Source: Mobula hypostoma (lineage: Eukaryota). Taken from it: 64,000 bases of DNA. Both the position numbers and the translations under genes were made by a program. The stretch's first letter is position 1; each line of letters opens with the position of its first letter. This document shows, piece by piece, positions 24,966-37,635 of this stretch. Location: NCBI RefSeq assembly GCF_963921235.1, contig NC_086108.1:101434001-101498000 (forward strand). Reading direction: 5' to 3'. The notes beneath the pieces were generated by a model. It was not told where the DNA came from. It did not search any database and saw nothing but the letters and a program-made list of their open reading frames with translations.

Positions 24966-25987
24966 ACACACATCAAAGTTGCTGGTGAACGCAGCAGGCA
25001 AGGCAGCATCTCTAGGAAGAGGAACAGTTGACGTTTCGGGCCGAGACCCTTCATCAGAACTAACTGAAGGAAGAGCTAGTAAGAGATTTGAAAGTGGGAG
25101 GGGGAGGGGGAGAGCCAAAATGATAGGAGAAGACAGGAGGGGGAGGGATGGAGCCAGGAGCTGGACAGTTGATTGGCAAAAGGGATATGAGAGGATCATG
25201 GGACAGGAGGTCCGGGGAAAAAGACAAGTGGGGGGGGGGACCCAGAGGATGGGCAAGGAGTATAGTCAGAGGGACAAAGGGAGAAAAAGGAGAGTGAGAG
25301 AAAGAATATATATATAAAATAAATAAATAACGGATGGGGTACAAGGGGGAGGTGGGGCATTAGCAGAAGTTAGAGAAGTCAATGTTCATGCCACCAGGTT
25401 GGAGGCTACCCAGACGGAATATAAGGTGTTGTTCCTCCAACAGGACTGTCTGGGGCCCTGAATGGTGGTAAGGGAGGAAGTGTAAGGGCATGTGTAGCAC
25501 TTGTTCCGCTTACAAGGATAAGTGCCAGGAGGGAGATCAGTGGGGAGGGATGGGGGGGGGGGAATGAATGGACAAGGGAGTCACGTAGGGAGCGATCCCT
25601 GCGGAAAGCAGAGGGGGGGGGTAGGGAAAGTTGTGCTTAGTGGTGGGATCCCGTTGGAGGTGGCGGAAGTTACGGAGAATAATATGTTGGACCCGGAAGC
25701 TGGTGGAGTGGTAGGTGAGGACCAGGGGAACCCTATTCCTAGTGGGGTGGCGGGAGGATGGAGTGAGAGCAGATGTACGTGAAATGGGGGAGATGCGTTT
25801 GAGAGCAGAGTTGATAGTGGAGGAAGGGAAGCCCCTTTCTTTAAAAAAGGAGGACATCTCCCTCGTCCTGGAATGAAAAGCCTCATCCTGAGAGCAGATG
25901 CGGCGGAGACGGAGGAATTGCGAGAAGGGGATGGCATTTTTGCAAGAGACAGGGTGAGAAGAGGAATAGTCCAGATAGCTGTGAGAA
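24966..25987 (-). mobile_element. Penelope-like element with internal deletion of most of the GIY-YIG domain
   Basis: Terminal repeat with hammerhead at 25025-25062; SYLDYSSSHPVSCKNAIPFSQFLRLRRICS (PLE RT C-terminal region); deletion junction at ~25441. Confidence 0.9.
25025..25062 (-). ncRNA. Minimal hammerhead ribozyme motif (PLE) with compensated stem I
   Basis: UAGUU-CUGAUGA-AGGGUCUCGGCCC-GAAACGUC-AACUG. Confidence 0.72.
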
Positions 25988-26639
25988 AAGGTGGGTAAAA
26001 GGACCCTGGTGGCAGTTCTACTCAGGCCTCGCAACAATAGTTGGGATGTGGACCACAGATTACAACAGGAAATAGAAAGGGCATGTCAAAGGGCAATGTT
26101 GTGATAGTCAAGGGAGATTTCAACATGCAGGTCAATTGGGAAAATCAGGTTGGAAATAGATCTCAAATGAGTGAGTTTAATGAATGCCTATGAGATGGCT
26201 TTTTAGAGCAGTTTGAAGTTGAGCCTATGAGGGGATCAGCTATACTGGACTTGGTGTTATGTACTGCACCAGAGGTGATTAGGGAGCTTTAGGTAAAGGA
26301 AACCTTAGGAAATAGTGAACACAATATGTCTGAGTTCAACTTGAAATTCGATAAGGAGAAAATAATGTCTCACCTAGAAATATTTCAGTGGAGTAAAGGA
26401 AATTAAAGTGGTACGAGAGAGGAGTTGGACAAAAGAAATTGGAAAGAGATGCTGGTGGGGATGACAGCAGAGCAGCAATGACAAAAGTTTCTGGGAAAAA
26501 TGAGGAAGGTGCACAATAGATGTATTCCAGACACAAAGAAATCCTGAATGCCAGAATTATACAGCCATGCCTGACAAGGGAGATCAAAGCTAATGTAAAA
26601 CCAAAAGAGAGTGCATACAACAAAGCAAAACTGGTTATG

Positions 26640-28190
26640 ACCTCGAAGACCCACACCACTAGGTTCAGAAGAGCTACTTTTCCATATCTTCTGTACAGAT
26701 AAGACACATAGAGAGGCAGTTACACCCAAGGTGCAGGACACAGGAAACTGGGCAACAGTCAGGAAGGGGAAAGGGGTCAGGGGTCAAGGTGGCAGTGCAG
26801 AGCATCCCTGTGGATCAAAAGGGAAAGAGCAAGAAGAGATTTGTTAGTTAGGGGGAAAAGGAAGGAGATTCCGTTGGCAAGAACAACATTCCTGGATGGT
26901 ATGTTGCTTTCAAGTGCTAGGGTCAGAGACATCTCCGATAGAATCTTCCGCATTCTTAAGTGGGAGGTTGAAAGCCAGTAGTCGTGTTCCATGTAGGTAC
27001 CAATAGAAAAGAAAAATATAGAAAACCTAAAGCACACTACAGGCCCTTCAGCCTACATATACTTACTTCAGAAATTACCTAGGGTTATCCATAGCCCTCT
27101 ATTTTTCTAAGCTTCATGTACCTATGCAGGAGTCTCTTGAGGGATCCTATCATTTCTGCCTCCACCGCTGCCGCCAGCAGCCCATTCCATGCACTCACCA
27201 CTTTGCGTAAAAAAACTTACCCCTTTCATCGCTGTATCTACTTCCAAGAACCTTAAAATTGTGCCCTCTAGTGTTAGCCATTTTAGCCCTGGGAAAGAGC
27301 CTCTGATTATCCACACAATCAATGCATCTCATCATCTTATACACCTCTATCAGGTCACCTCTGATCCTCCGCCGCTCCAAGGAGAAAAGGTCGAGTTCAC
27401 TCAATCTATTCTCATAAGGCATGCTCCCCAATCCAGGCAACATCCTCGTAAATCTCCTCTGCACCACTTTTATAGTTATGGGTTGGATGAGTAACGAGGT
27501 TCTGCACAGGGAATTCAGGCAGCTAAATGCTACGTTAAAGGGCAGGACCTCCAGGATTGTGATCTCTGGATAGTTGGCACATACTAGTGAGGCCAGAAAT
27601 AGGAAGGTTATACAGTTTAACATGTGGCAAAGGAGTTGGTGTAGGAGGGAGAGCATAAGATTTTGGATCATTGGGCTCTCTTCGAGGGAAGTTGGGATAT
27701 GGACAGAAGAGATGACTAATATCCTAGTGAGAAGTTTTGCTAATGCTGCACAGTGAGGTTTAATCTAGAGTTACAGGGGGATCGGAACCAGAGTGCCAGA
27801 ACTGCTGATGGAGTGGTTGTGGAGCCAGATGTTGGTTAGATCTCAGACAAAAGTCAGGAATCAAAAGGTTGAGCGTGATGAGACTAAATCCTGAAATACA
27901 TATATTTTAATGCAAGTATTGTAGGAAAGTGTGATGTGCTCAGGGCATGGATCAACACATGAAATTATGATATTGTAACATTTGGTTGCAAGAGGGACAG
28001 GACTGGCATTTTGTGGTTTTAGACATAACAGAGTGGGAGGAACTAAAGTGGGAGAGGCAGCATTACTAATCAGGAAAATTGTCATAGCAGTGCACTGACA
28101 GGACAGACTGGAGAACTCAAAAGGTCAGGCGTTATGGGTGTAACTGAGTAATAAGAAAGGTATGGTCATGTTAATGGCCACTCAACATTC
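26640..28190 (+). mobile_element. Decayed CR1 ORF1/APE fragment with a nested minus-strand CR1 3' piece (~27003-27470)
   Basis: HVGTN.. interrupted at ~27003 and resuming ~27475; the nested piece encodes RRFTRMLPGL..DLIEVYKM. Confidence 0.75.
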
Positions 28191-28195
28191 CTAGG

Positions 28196-28772
28196 TGTAA
28201 CACCTTGGAAAAGGTTTCACTGCTAATGTAACAGTTTTCCTGTGGAAGCAGTGTTTGGGTTATGGTTAGAGATAATGAGTGCTTCGGAATGTGAGCCATC
28301 CAATGAAGGGAGTGTGTTATCGTGTTCTGTGCCTGACACAAGTGTGAGCTGGGTCTTTTGATCGGTGGAAGATGAAGGGAGAAGACGCTTGTGAAAGAAG
28401 TTGTAGGACTCGACCCGGAGCAGAGCCATGATTCGATAAACCTCGGGGAGATCGAAGGAGGATTGGCGAAGGGGAAACCGCGAGCTCCAACTTGTGCACA
28501 TTATACTGTTTCATTAAAATGGGTACTTTTCTTTTTTTGCTTTTTCTCGACTAACCCTTTAGTCAAACTAAGAATTATAAAGCTATATCATTCAATAGCA
28601 TGCAGTATACTGTCTGTCATTTCATGGTCCTTATTTGTAACAGGGTAATGAATCACGCAGCATCCAAACAAACAGGGGGTTCCGATGGGCTTGTGCTTCA
28701 ATCTCCCATGTTTGGTGGGGCCAGAGATTGCCTTCCCTAGACTTACGCAGCCGACAGAATTGGAGTGTTTCA
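28196..28772. mobile_element. Solo LTR (Gypsy-like), 577 bp
   Basis: TGTAACACC...GAGTGTTTCA termini with imperfect inverted ends; flanks TAGG/TGGG (4-bp TSD, 1 mismatch); non-coding. Confidence 0.7.
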
Positions 28773-29450
28773 TGGGGACGTCAAGATCTCTCAGGATCTA
28801 ATCTGGTCCCAACATATCGATGTAGTTATAAAGAAGGCAAGACAGCGGCTATACTTCATTAGGAGTTTGACGAAATTTGGCATGTCAACAAATACATTCA
28901 AAAACTTCTATAGATGTGCCATGAAGAGCTAGTTCTGACAGACTGCATCACTGTTTGGTATGGGGGGGGGGCACTGCACAGGACTGAAAGAAGCTGCCGA
29001 GGTTTGTAAGTCTAGTCAGCTCCATCTTGGGCACCAGCCTACAAAGTACCCAGGACATCTTCAGGGAACGATGTCTCAGAAAGGCCGTGTCCATTGTTAA
29101 GGTCCTCCAGCACCCAGGGCATGCCCTTTTCTCACTGTTACCATCAGGAGGGAGGTACAGAAGCCTGAAGGCACACACTCTATGATTCAGAAACAGCTTC
29201 TTCCCCTCTGCCAATCAATTTCTAAATAGGCATTGAATCCTTGGACACTACCTCACTTTTTTAATATACAGTATTTCTGTTTTTTGCACGTTTTTTAATC
29301 TATTCAATATATGTATACAGTAATTTATTTATTTATTATTATTTCTATTTATTTTCTCTTCTATATTACGTATTGCATTGAACTGCTGCTGCTAAGTTAA
29401 CACATTTCACGTCACATGTCGGTGATAATAAACCTGTTTCTGATTCTGAT
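28773..29450 (+). mobile_element. Rex1/Babar LINE 3' end
   Basis: KKARQRLYFIRSL, HALFSLLPSG.RYRSL, AATAAACCTG..(TTCTGA)n tail. Confidence 0.85.
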
Positions 29451-31945
29451 TTAGAGGAACAAATTTGTAGAGAGATCACAGACTGTTGCAAGAAACATTA
29501 GGTTGTTACAGTAGGTGATTTCAAATGTCCAACTATTCACTGGGAATACCATACTGTAAAAATACTAGATGGTTGATAAGTTGATAGAGAAGATCCTGAG
29601 AGGCAGGATTTATGAACATTTGGAGAGGCATAATATGATTAGGAATAGTCAGCACGGCTTTGTGAAAGGCAGGTCATGCTTGACGAGCCTGATTGAATTT
29701 TTTGAGGATGTGACTAAACACATTCATGAAGTTAGAGCAGTAGATGTAGTGTATATGGATTTCAGCGAGGCATTTGATAAGGTACCCCATGCAAGGCTTA
29801 TTGAGAAAGTAAGGAGGAATGAGATCCAAGGGGATATTGCTTTGTGGATCCAGAACTGGCTTGCCCACAGAAGGCAAATAGTGGTTGTAGGCGGGTCATA
29901 TTCTGCATGGAGGTTGGTGACCAGTGGTGTGCCTCACGGATCTGTTCTAGGACCCCTGCTCTTCGTGAATTTTATAAATGACCTGAACGAAGTAGTGGAG
30001 GGATGGGTTAGTAAATTTGCTGATGACACAAAGGCTGGGGGTGTTGTGGATAGTGTGGAGGCCTGTCAGAGGTTACAGCAGGACATTGATAGGATGCAAA
30101 ACTGGGCTGAGAAGTGGCAGATGGAATTCCACCCAGATAAGTGTGAGGTGGTTCATTTTGGTAGGTCAAATATGATGGCAGAGTATAGCATTAATGGCAA
30201 GACTCTTGACAGTGTGGAGGATTAGAGGGATCTCGGGGTCCAAGTCCACAGTTGCTGTGCAGGTTGACTCTGTGGTTAAGAATGCATACGGTACTTTGGC
30301 CTTCATCAATCATGGGATTGAATTGAGGAGGTAATATTGCAGCTATATAGGACCCTGGTCAGACACCATTTGGAATACTGTACTCAGTTCTGGTTGCCTC
30401 ACTATAGGAAGGATGTGGAAACCATAGGGTGCAGAGGAGATTTACAAGGATGCTGCCTGGATTGGGGAGCATGCGTTATGAGAATAGGTTGAGTGAACTC
30501 GGCCTTTTTTCCTTGGAGCGACGGAGGATGAGAGGTGACCTGATAGAGGTGTACAAGATGATGAGAGGCATTGATCGTGTGGATAGTCAGAGGCTTTTTT
30601 CCTAGGGCTGAAATGGCTAACTTGAGAGGGCATAGTTTTAAGGTGCTTGGAAGCAGGTACAGAGGAGATGTCAGGGGTAAGTTTTTTATGCAGCGAGTGG
30701 TGCGTACATGGAATGGGCTGCCGGCCACGGTGGTGGGGGCGGATACGATACGGCCTTTTAAGAGACTCCTGGACAGGTACATGGAGCTCAGAAAAATAGA
30801 GGGCTATGGGTAACCCTAGGTAATTTCTAAGGTAAGGACATGTTCGGCACAGCTTTGTGGGCTGAAGGGCCTGTATTGTGCCTTAGGTTTTCTATGTTTC
30901 TATGAATAGAGTTTGTCAAGTGTGTTCAGGAAAGTTTCCTTCATCAGTACATAGAAGTTCCAACAAGAGAGCATGTGATACTGGATCTGCTATCAGTGAA
31001 TGAGCCAGGATAGGTGACAGAAGTTTGAACAGGGGAACACTTTGAATATAGTGACCACAATACCATTAGTTTCAAAGTAAATATGCAAAAAGATCCATCT
31101 GGTCTGCAGGTTGAGATTCTTAATTGAATAAAGGCCAATTATGATGGTATCAGAAATGATCTGGCAAGTGTGGATTGGGACAGATGGTATTCTGGCAGAG
31201 GTGCACTTGGTGAGTGGTAGGCCTTCAAAAGTGGAATTTTTGAGAGTGAAAAGCTTGTACAGTATATGCCTGTCAGAATTAACGATAAAGATATAAATGT
31301 AGGGAACTTTGATTTTCAAGAGACATGGAGGTCCTGATTAAGAGAGAAAAAGGAGGTGCATAGTGGGTATGGGCAGGTAGGAACAAATGAGGTGCTTATA
31401 GTTTATATGAACTGCATGAGAATGCTTAATAAAGAACTCTGGAGAGCTAAAAGAGGGCATGAAGTTTCTCCAACAGACCAAGCAAAGGAGAATCCTACGG
31501 GATGCTACAGGTATGTTAAGAGCACAAGGATTGCAAGGGACAAAATTGGTCCTCTGGAAGATCAGAATGGTAATCCATGTGTGGAGCCAAAACAGATAGG
31601 GGACATCTTAAATATCTTTTTTTCATCTGTATTTACTCAGGGTTTGGACACAGAGTCTACAGAAATAAGGCAAAGCAGCATCAAATTCATGGGCCCTGTA
31701 CAGATTACAGAGGAGGAGGTGTTTGTTATCCCGAGGCAAATCAGAATGGAGAAATCCCCAGGTCTTCATAAGGTGTTCCATCATACTCTACAGGAGGCAA
31801 ATGCAGAAATTGCCAAGGCCCTAGCAGAGATATTTAAATCACCATTAGTGACAGGAGAGGTATTAGATGATTGGAGGGTAGCCAATGTTGTCCTGCTGTT
31901 TAAGAAAAACTCTAAACACATACCAGGAAGTTATATGCCGGTGGA
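29451..31945 (+). mobile_element. Old CR1 APE/linker with a younger CR1 RT-to-tail copy (~29570-30905) nested in it
   Basis: ORF 29569-30225 has RT motifs; (TTTCTATG)n tail at ~30888-30904; APE remnants on both sides. Confidence 0.85.
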
Positions 31946-31961
31946 ATATGAAAGATTCAGT

Positions 31962-32200
31962 GATTGGGATTCAATTCCTGCTGCTGTCCGTAAGGACTTA
32001 CAGCATGGGTATCCTCCGGGAGCTCCAGTTTCTGCCCATGTTCCAAAGATGTACAGGTTAAGGTTAGTCAGTTGTGGGCATGCTATGTTGACACCAGATG
32101 CATGGTAGCACTTACCAGCTGTGCTCCGCACATCCTTAGATGCAAACGTCAAATTTCACTGCATACTTTGATGCACTTGTTACAAATAAAGCCAATCTTG
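31962..32200 (+). mobile_element. V-SINE-type SINE fragment
   Basis: B-box-like GATTCAATTCC and V-domain-like TGGGTATCCTCCGGGAGCTCCAGTTTCTGCCCATGTTCCAAAGA; AATAAA tail. Confidence 0.65.
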
Positions 32201-33837
32201 AAAAAAGAAATCTTAACTACCTTCTTAAGTGCAATTAGGGATGAAGAATAAATGATAGCTTTGCTGATGATGACCAAGTCTCAAATATAGTTCAGTAAAA
32301 TGGATTCTTGACCTCAAAATCTACCTTGTTATAATCTACCACCTTATTGTCTACCTATACTGCACCTTCTCCAGCTGTTATACGTTATTCAGTATTGCTG
32401 TTTAACCTTGTACGACTTCAATGCGCTATGTAAGAAATGAACTGTATGAACATATGCAACAAATGCTTTTCATTCTAATGAGGTATACGTGATAACAATA
32501 AACCAATTTATTATTAAGGGATTAAGGAATTGTTTCCTTAAAGTTATTATAACCAGGAGTGATAGTGGGGACAAACTCCCACTACCTATCAAGTGTTCCC
32601 AATGGCTTGCGCCTCAAATGGCCTCTGACAACCAAATCCAGCTGCTGAGCTTTGCATGTGGCTTAGCTTCTCAGCCCAGTGGAACCATTTCTATGGACAA
32701 GAGAAGGGGCGAGGGCAGGTTACTGGCACCTTAAAACTAATCATTTTGAGGAGACGTGGTTCACCAGCCATTGCTCGCAGCTCCTCAAGAAGGAAAACTT
32801 TCACTTCCAACTTCTAGTGCTTTGTGGCTATACGCATACATGGGAAAGGCTTTGGGAGTAAGTCCCATGGTAAAAATCTGAAGTTAGAGTCCCTAAGGCA
32901 TTCCACGATGGACCATACAGCCAGCAGTGTCCATTCTTGCCATTTTATCACTAATCTGAGAGCTCAGGTGAATGTCTAACCCAGCTAGTGCTATGGACTG
33001 GGATCTTCCACTAGTCTGAGGACCGCTTGGCCAGTCTTCCCACGGCCCCCAGCTCCCTGTTCTCAGAAGTATAACAGTAACAAGTATGCAGAATGCTTTA
33101 TGTATTGCAATAATATTCAGCACACAATAAGCTTTTCTTGTAATAAATATGCTACTTTCATGAATTATGGGGATTCTTTGGACCCATCATCCTCCTCCCA
33201 ACACCTGTCTTGGTTTAGCCACACTTTTTCACTCCATTACCTCTATATGTTGGCTGCAATCTGATTTCCTTTTCCTCCTAATCCTATTGTTAACCACTTA
33301 TCAGTGGAACTCGGTTAGGAAATTCCCTAGAAGATTCTTAAGGTATCAAAGATTGCATTTTATTCTCTTTGCACAAACAACAATGTGACTGTGTTGACCC
33401 TAGGCCAACAACTTAAAAATGAATTCCACTGTTTCCTTTGTACTAGTACTCACTCAGACCACTTTTCCAATTAATTACACTGAGATAGGGGATCTCCTTT
33501 GGCCAGACTATTAGTCTTTTCTTCTCCCAGCTTCTGGTATGGGGGTTCTTACTGACGATGGTGAACGTTTGAAGTTATAGCTCTTTGTAATTGAAACCTC
33601 TGTTTTTTATATTTGTTCATTACCAGATGAATATTGCATTTCAGTGTTATTGGCTATGATTCATCTGTGAACCTATAACACCTTCCCCTTGGATGTAGTC
33701 CAAGGGCAACACAACGTCATGCCCTGGGTGACTTCTTTTGTTCCCTTCATTTCTGGTTCAGACCAGTCAGACCAGGTTACTCAGACACTGGGCCGACGTG
33801 GTGAGATTACTTCTGCAAAACTGCCATTGTCCACAAT

Positions 33838-36800
33838 ACCATAAGACCGTAAAACGTGGGAGCAGAAGTAAGCCATTTGGCTCTTTGAGTCTGCTCTGCT
33901 ATTTCACCATTGCTGATCTGTTTTTCCTCTCAGCCCCAATCTCCTGCCTTCTTCTCAGATCCCTTCATGCTCTGACTAATTAAGAACCTATCAACCTCTG
34001 TCTTAACTATACCCAATGACTTGGCTTCCACAGCCACCTGTGGCAATGAATTCCACAGATTAACCAGTATCCGTCTAAAGAGATTCTGCCTCATCTCCAT
34101 TTTAAATGGTTGCCCCTCTATTCTGAGGCTGCTGCTTCTGGTCCTAGACTCTTCTGTCTCCTGCACATCCACTCTATTGAGGCCATTCAACATTTGATAG
34201 GTTTCAATTGGATCACCCCTCGTTCTTTTGAATTCCAGTGAATACAGATCTAGAACCATCAAACACTCTTTATATGACAAACCATTCAATCCTGGAAGGA
34301 TTTTTGTGAACCTCCTTTGAACTGTTTCTAATGTCAGCAAATTCTTTCTTCATTAAGGGACCCAAAGTTCCTCACAATTCTCCAATTTGGCCTCATAAAT
34401 GCTTTATAGAGTTTAAGCATTACATCCTTGCTTTTATATTCTAGTCCTCTTGAAAGGCATGTTAACATCTCATTTGCCTTCTTCACCACTAACTCAACAT
34501 CCAAATTAACCTTTAAGAAATTTAGCACAAGGACTCCCAAGTCCCTTTACACCTCAGATTTTTGAATTTTCTCTCCATTGAGAAAATAGTCCATAAGACT
34601 ATAAGATATAGGAGTAGAAATAGGCCATTCGGCCTATTATGTCTGCTCCGCTATTCAACCATGGGCTGATCCAATTCTTCCAGTCATCCCCACTCCCCTG
34701 CCATCACCCCATACTCTTTGATGCCCTAGCTAATCAAGAACCTATCTATGTCTGCCTTAAATACACCCAATGACTTGGCCTCCACAGTCGCTCGTGGCAA
34801 CAAATTCCACAGATTTACCACTCTCTGACTAAAGTAATTTCTCTGCATCTCAGTTCTAAATGTACATCCTTCAATCCTGAAGTTGTGCCTTCTTGTCCTT
34901 GACTCCCCTACCATGTGTAATAACTTTGCCATATCTAATCTCTTCAGGCCTTTTAACATTCGAAATATTTCTATGAGATCCCCACCCCTACATTCTCCTG
35001 AACTCCAGGGAATACAGCCCAAGAGCTGCCAGACTTTCTTCATATGGTAACCCATTCATTCCAGCAATCATTCTAGTGAATCTTCTTTGAACCCTTTCCA
35101 ATGTCAGTATATCCTTTCTAAAATAAGGAGCTCAAAACTGCACACAATACTCCAAGTCTGGTCTCATGAGTGCCTTATAGAGTCTCAAAATCACATCCCT
35201 GCTCTTATATTTTATACCTCTAGAAACGAATGCCAACATTGTATATGCCTTCCTCACCACCAATTCAATTTAGAGGTTAATCCCATAGACCAAATTATTG
35301 ACATACATTTGTAGAAAGCAATGTTCCCAACTCTGATCCCCGTAGAACTCCACTGGTAACCGGCAGTCAGCCAGAATAGGATCCCTTTATTTCCACTTTC
35401 TGTTTTCTGCCAAACAGCCAATGCTCCACCCATATTTGTAAATTTCTTGAAATTACATTGGCTCTTGTGCGGCAGCTTGTCAAAGGCCTTCTGAAAATCC
35501 AAGTACTCCAGCAACTGCATCCACTTTATCTACCCTGCTTGTAATTTCCTTTATAAATGGCAGTAGGTTTGTCAGGCAGGATTTTCCTTTCAGGAAATCA
35601 TGCTGGCTTTGGTTTATCTTGTCATGTGCCTCCAGATACTCTAAATCTCATCCTTAAAAATCGAACAGCTTCCAACCACTGATGTTAGGCTAACAGGTCT
35701 ATAGTTTCTTTTCTACTGCCTCCCACCCTTCTTAAATAGTGGAGTAACATTTGCAATTTTCTAGTCATCCAGTACAATGCCAGAATCTATCGATTCTTGA
35801 AAGATCATTGTTAACGCCTCTGCAATCTCTTCAGCTACTTCCTTCAGAACCTGAGGGTGCATTCCATCAGATCCAGGAGATTTATCCACCCTCATTATCC
35901 ATTAAGCTTCCTGAGCACCTTCTCAGTTGTAATTTTCACTGCACATACTTCACTTCCCTGACATTCTTGAATGTCCGGTATACTGCAGATGTCTTCCACT
36001 GTGAAGACTGATGCAAAATACACATTCAGTTTCTCTGCCATCTCTGCGTCTCTCATTACAATATCTCCAGCGTCATCTTGTATTAGTCCTATATCTACCA
36101 TCAACTCTCTTTTACCCTTTACCACTACTACTATGTCGACTCAGGCCTAGGGGGAACGACATGAAGGAAATCTGATTTTACCCTTTATATACTTAAAAAA
36201 GCTTTTAGAATCTTCCTTGATATTAGTCACCATCTTCCTTTCATAATTCATCTTTTCCTTCCTAGTGACCTTCCAGTTTCCTTATGCAAGGTTTTAAAAA
36301 CTTCCCAATCCTCTATCTTCCCACTAGCTTTGGATTCTTTGTATGCCCTCTTCTTTGCTTTTATTTTGGTTCTGAATTCACTTGTCAGCCACGGTAGTGT
36401 CCTTCTTCCATTCGAAAACCTCTTCTTATTTGGAATATATCTGTCTTGTGCTTCCCTCATTTAATTGCAGTAACTCCAGCCATTGCTGCTCTGCTGTTCT
36501 TCCTGCTAGTGCCCCTTTCCAGTCAACTGGACAGTTCCCCTATCATACCATTATAATTTACCTGCACATTGTATTTTAGTTTTTCCTTTTCAAATTTCAA
36601 AATGAACTCGATCATATTGTGATCACTGTTCCCTAAGGTTTCCTTAAGCTTAAGCTCTTTTATCATCTCCGGATCATGCACAACACCTAACCTAGCACAG
36701 CCGATCCCCTAGTGGGCTCAACAACAAGCTGTTCTAAAAAGCCATCCCTTAGACATTCTACAAATTCTCTCTCCTGAGATCCTGTACTAACCTGGTTTTC

Positions 36801-37635
36801 CCAATCAACTTTCATGTTAAAATCCCCAACGATTATCGTAACATTGCCGTTCTGACACGCCTTTTCTATCTCCTGCTGTAATATGTAATCCACATCCTGG
36901 CTGCTGTTTGGAGGCCTCAATATAACTGTCATTACCCTTGCCATTTCTTAACTCAACCCATAGAGACTCTACACCTTCCGATCATATGTCATCGCTTTCT
37001 AATGGTTATACACAGAGCTACACCACCCCTTCTGCCTACTAACCCATCTTTTTAATACACCGTATATCCTTGGACATTCAGCTCCTAATGGCAGCCATCC
37101 TTTAGGCAAGTTTCAGAGATGGCCACAACGTCATTCTTGCCAGTCTGTAGCTGAATTTCAAGATTGTCCATTTATTTTGTATGCTGCGTGCATTCAAATA
37201 TAACACTTTCGGTCCAGTATTTGTTGTTTTCTGTTTTAACTGCACCATGTGTCTTTTGCCCTGTAACTTATCCCAATGGCTGTGATTATGCCTCATCTCC
37301 TGCCTCTCCTTTCTATCATCTCTGTTGCATGGTATCTTTGATTGATTTCTGTTTCCCTCTTCCTCAGCCCTATCATTACTGTTCCCATCCCCTGCCAAAT
37401 TAGTTTAAACCCTCCCTAACAACTCTATTAAACCTGCCTGCGAGGGTATTGGACCCCTTTAGGTTCAGGTGTAACCCATCCTTTCCTTTTTGTACGGGTC
37501 ATACCTCCCCTAGAAGGGGCCCTAATCATCCAGGAATATGAAGCCGTGCCCCATATACCAGTCTCTCAGCCTGATCATTCTATTCTTGTGCTCATTATCA
37601 TGTGGCACAGGCAGCAATCCAGAGATTACTACCCT
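33838..37635 (-). mobile_element. Two stacked decayed CR1 elements (~33838-34590 and ~34592-37635)
   Basis: Minus ORFs: YLDFQKAFDKLPH, IVGDFNMKVDW, YLNARSIQNK; CR1 tails at ~33840 and ~34592. Confidence 0.85.
36122..36175 (-). mobile_element. 54-bp RTE-X micro-insertion with an inverted internal piece
   Basis: 12-bp TSD TTTTACCCTTTA (36110-36121, 36176-36187). 36122-36154 is the reverse complement of 8551-8583; 36154-36174 matches 7102-7122 in forward orientation. Confidence 0.85.

Larger units (their letters stand above)
23820..26630 (+). mobile_element. Decayed CR1 (ORF1 esterase; APE part after a PLE)
   Basis: ORF 23881-24672 with VVIGDSIDRG and HIGTND; GDFNMQV and LDLVLC after 25990. 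The two sides may be different subfamilies. Confidence 0.8.

Noticed and set aside
963..25360. Recurring ORFs such as LLVNAAGQAASLGRGTVDVSG and SVSPDEGSWPETSTVPLP as a repeated protein family
   Set aside because: They are translations of the non-coding PLE terminal repeat on either strand.
33747..33780. WSDWS motif on the minus strand suggesting a class I cytokine receptor
   Set aside because: There is an in-frame stop three codons upstream, no preceding FN3 strand pattern, and the motif sits near the start rather than the end of the candidate exon.
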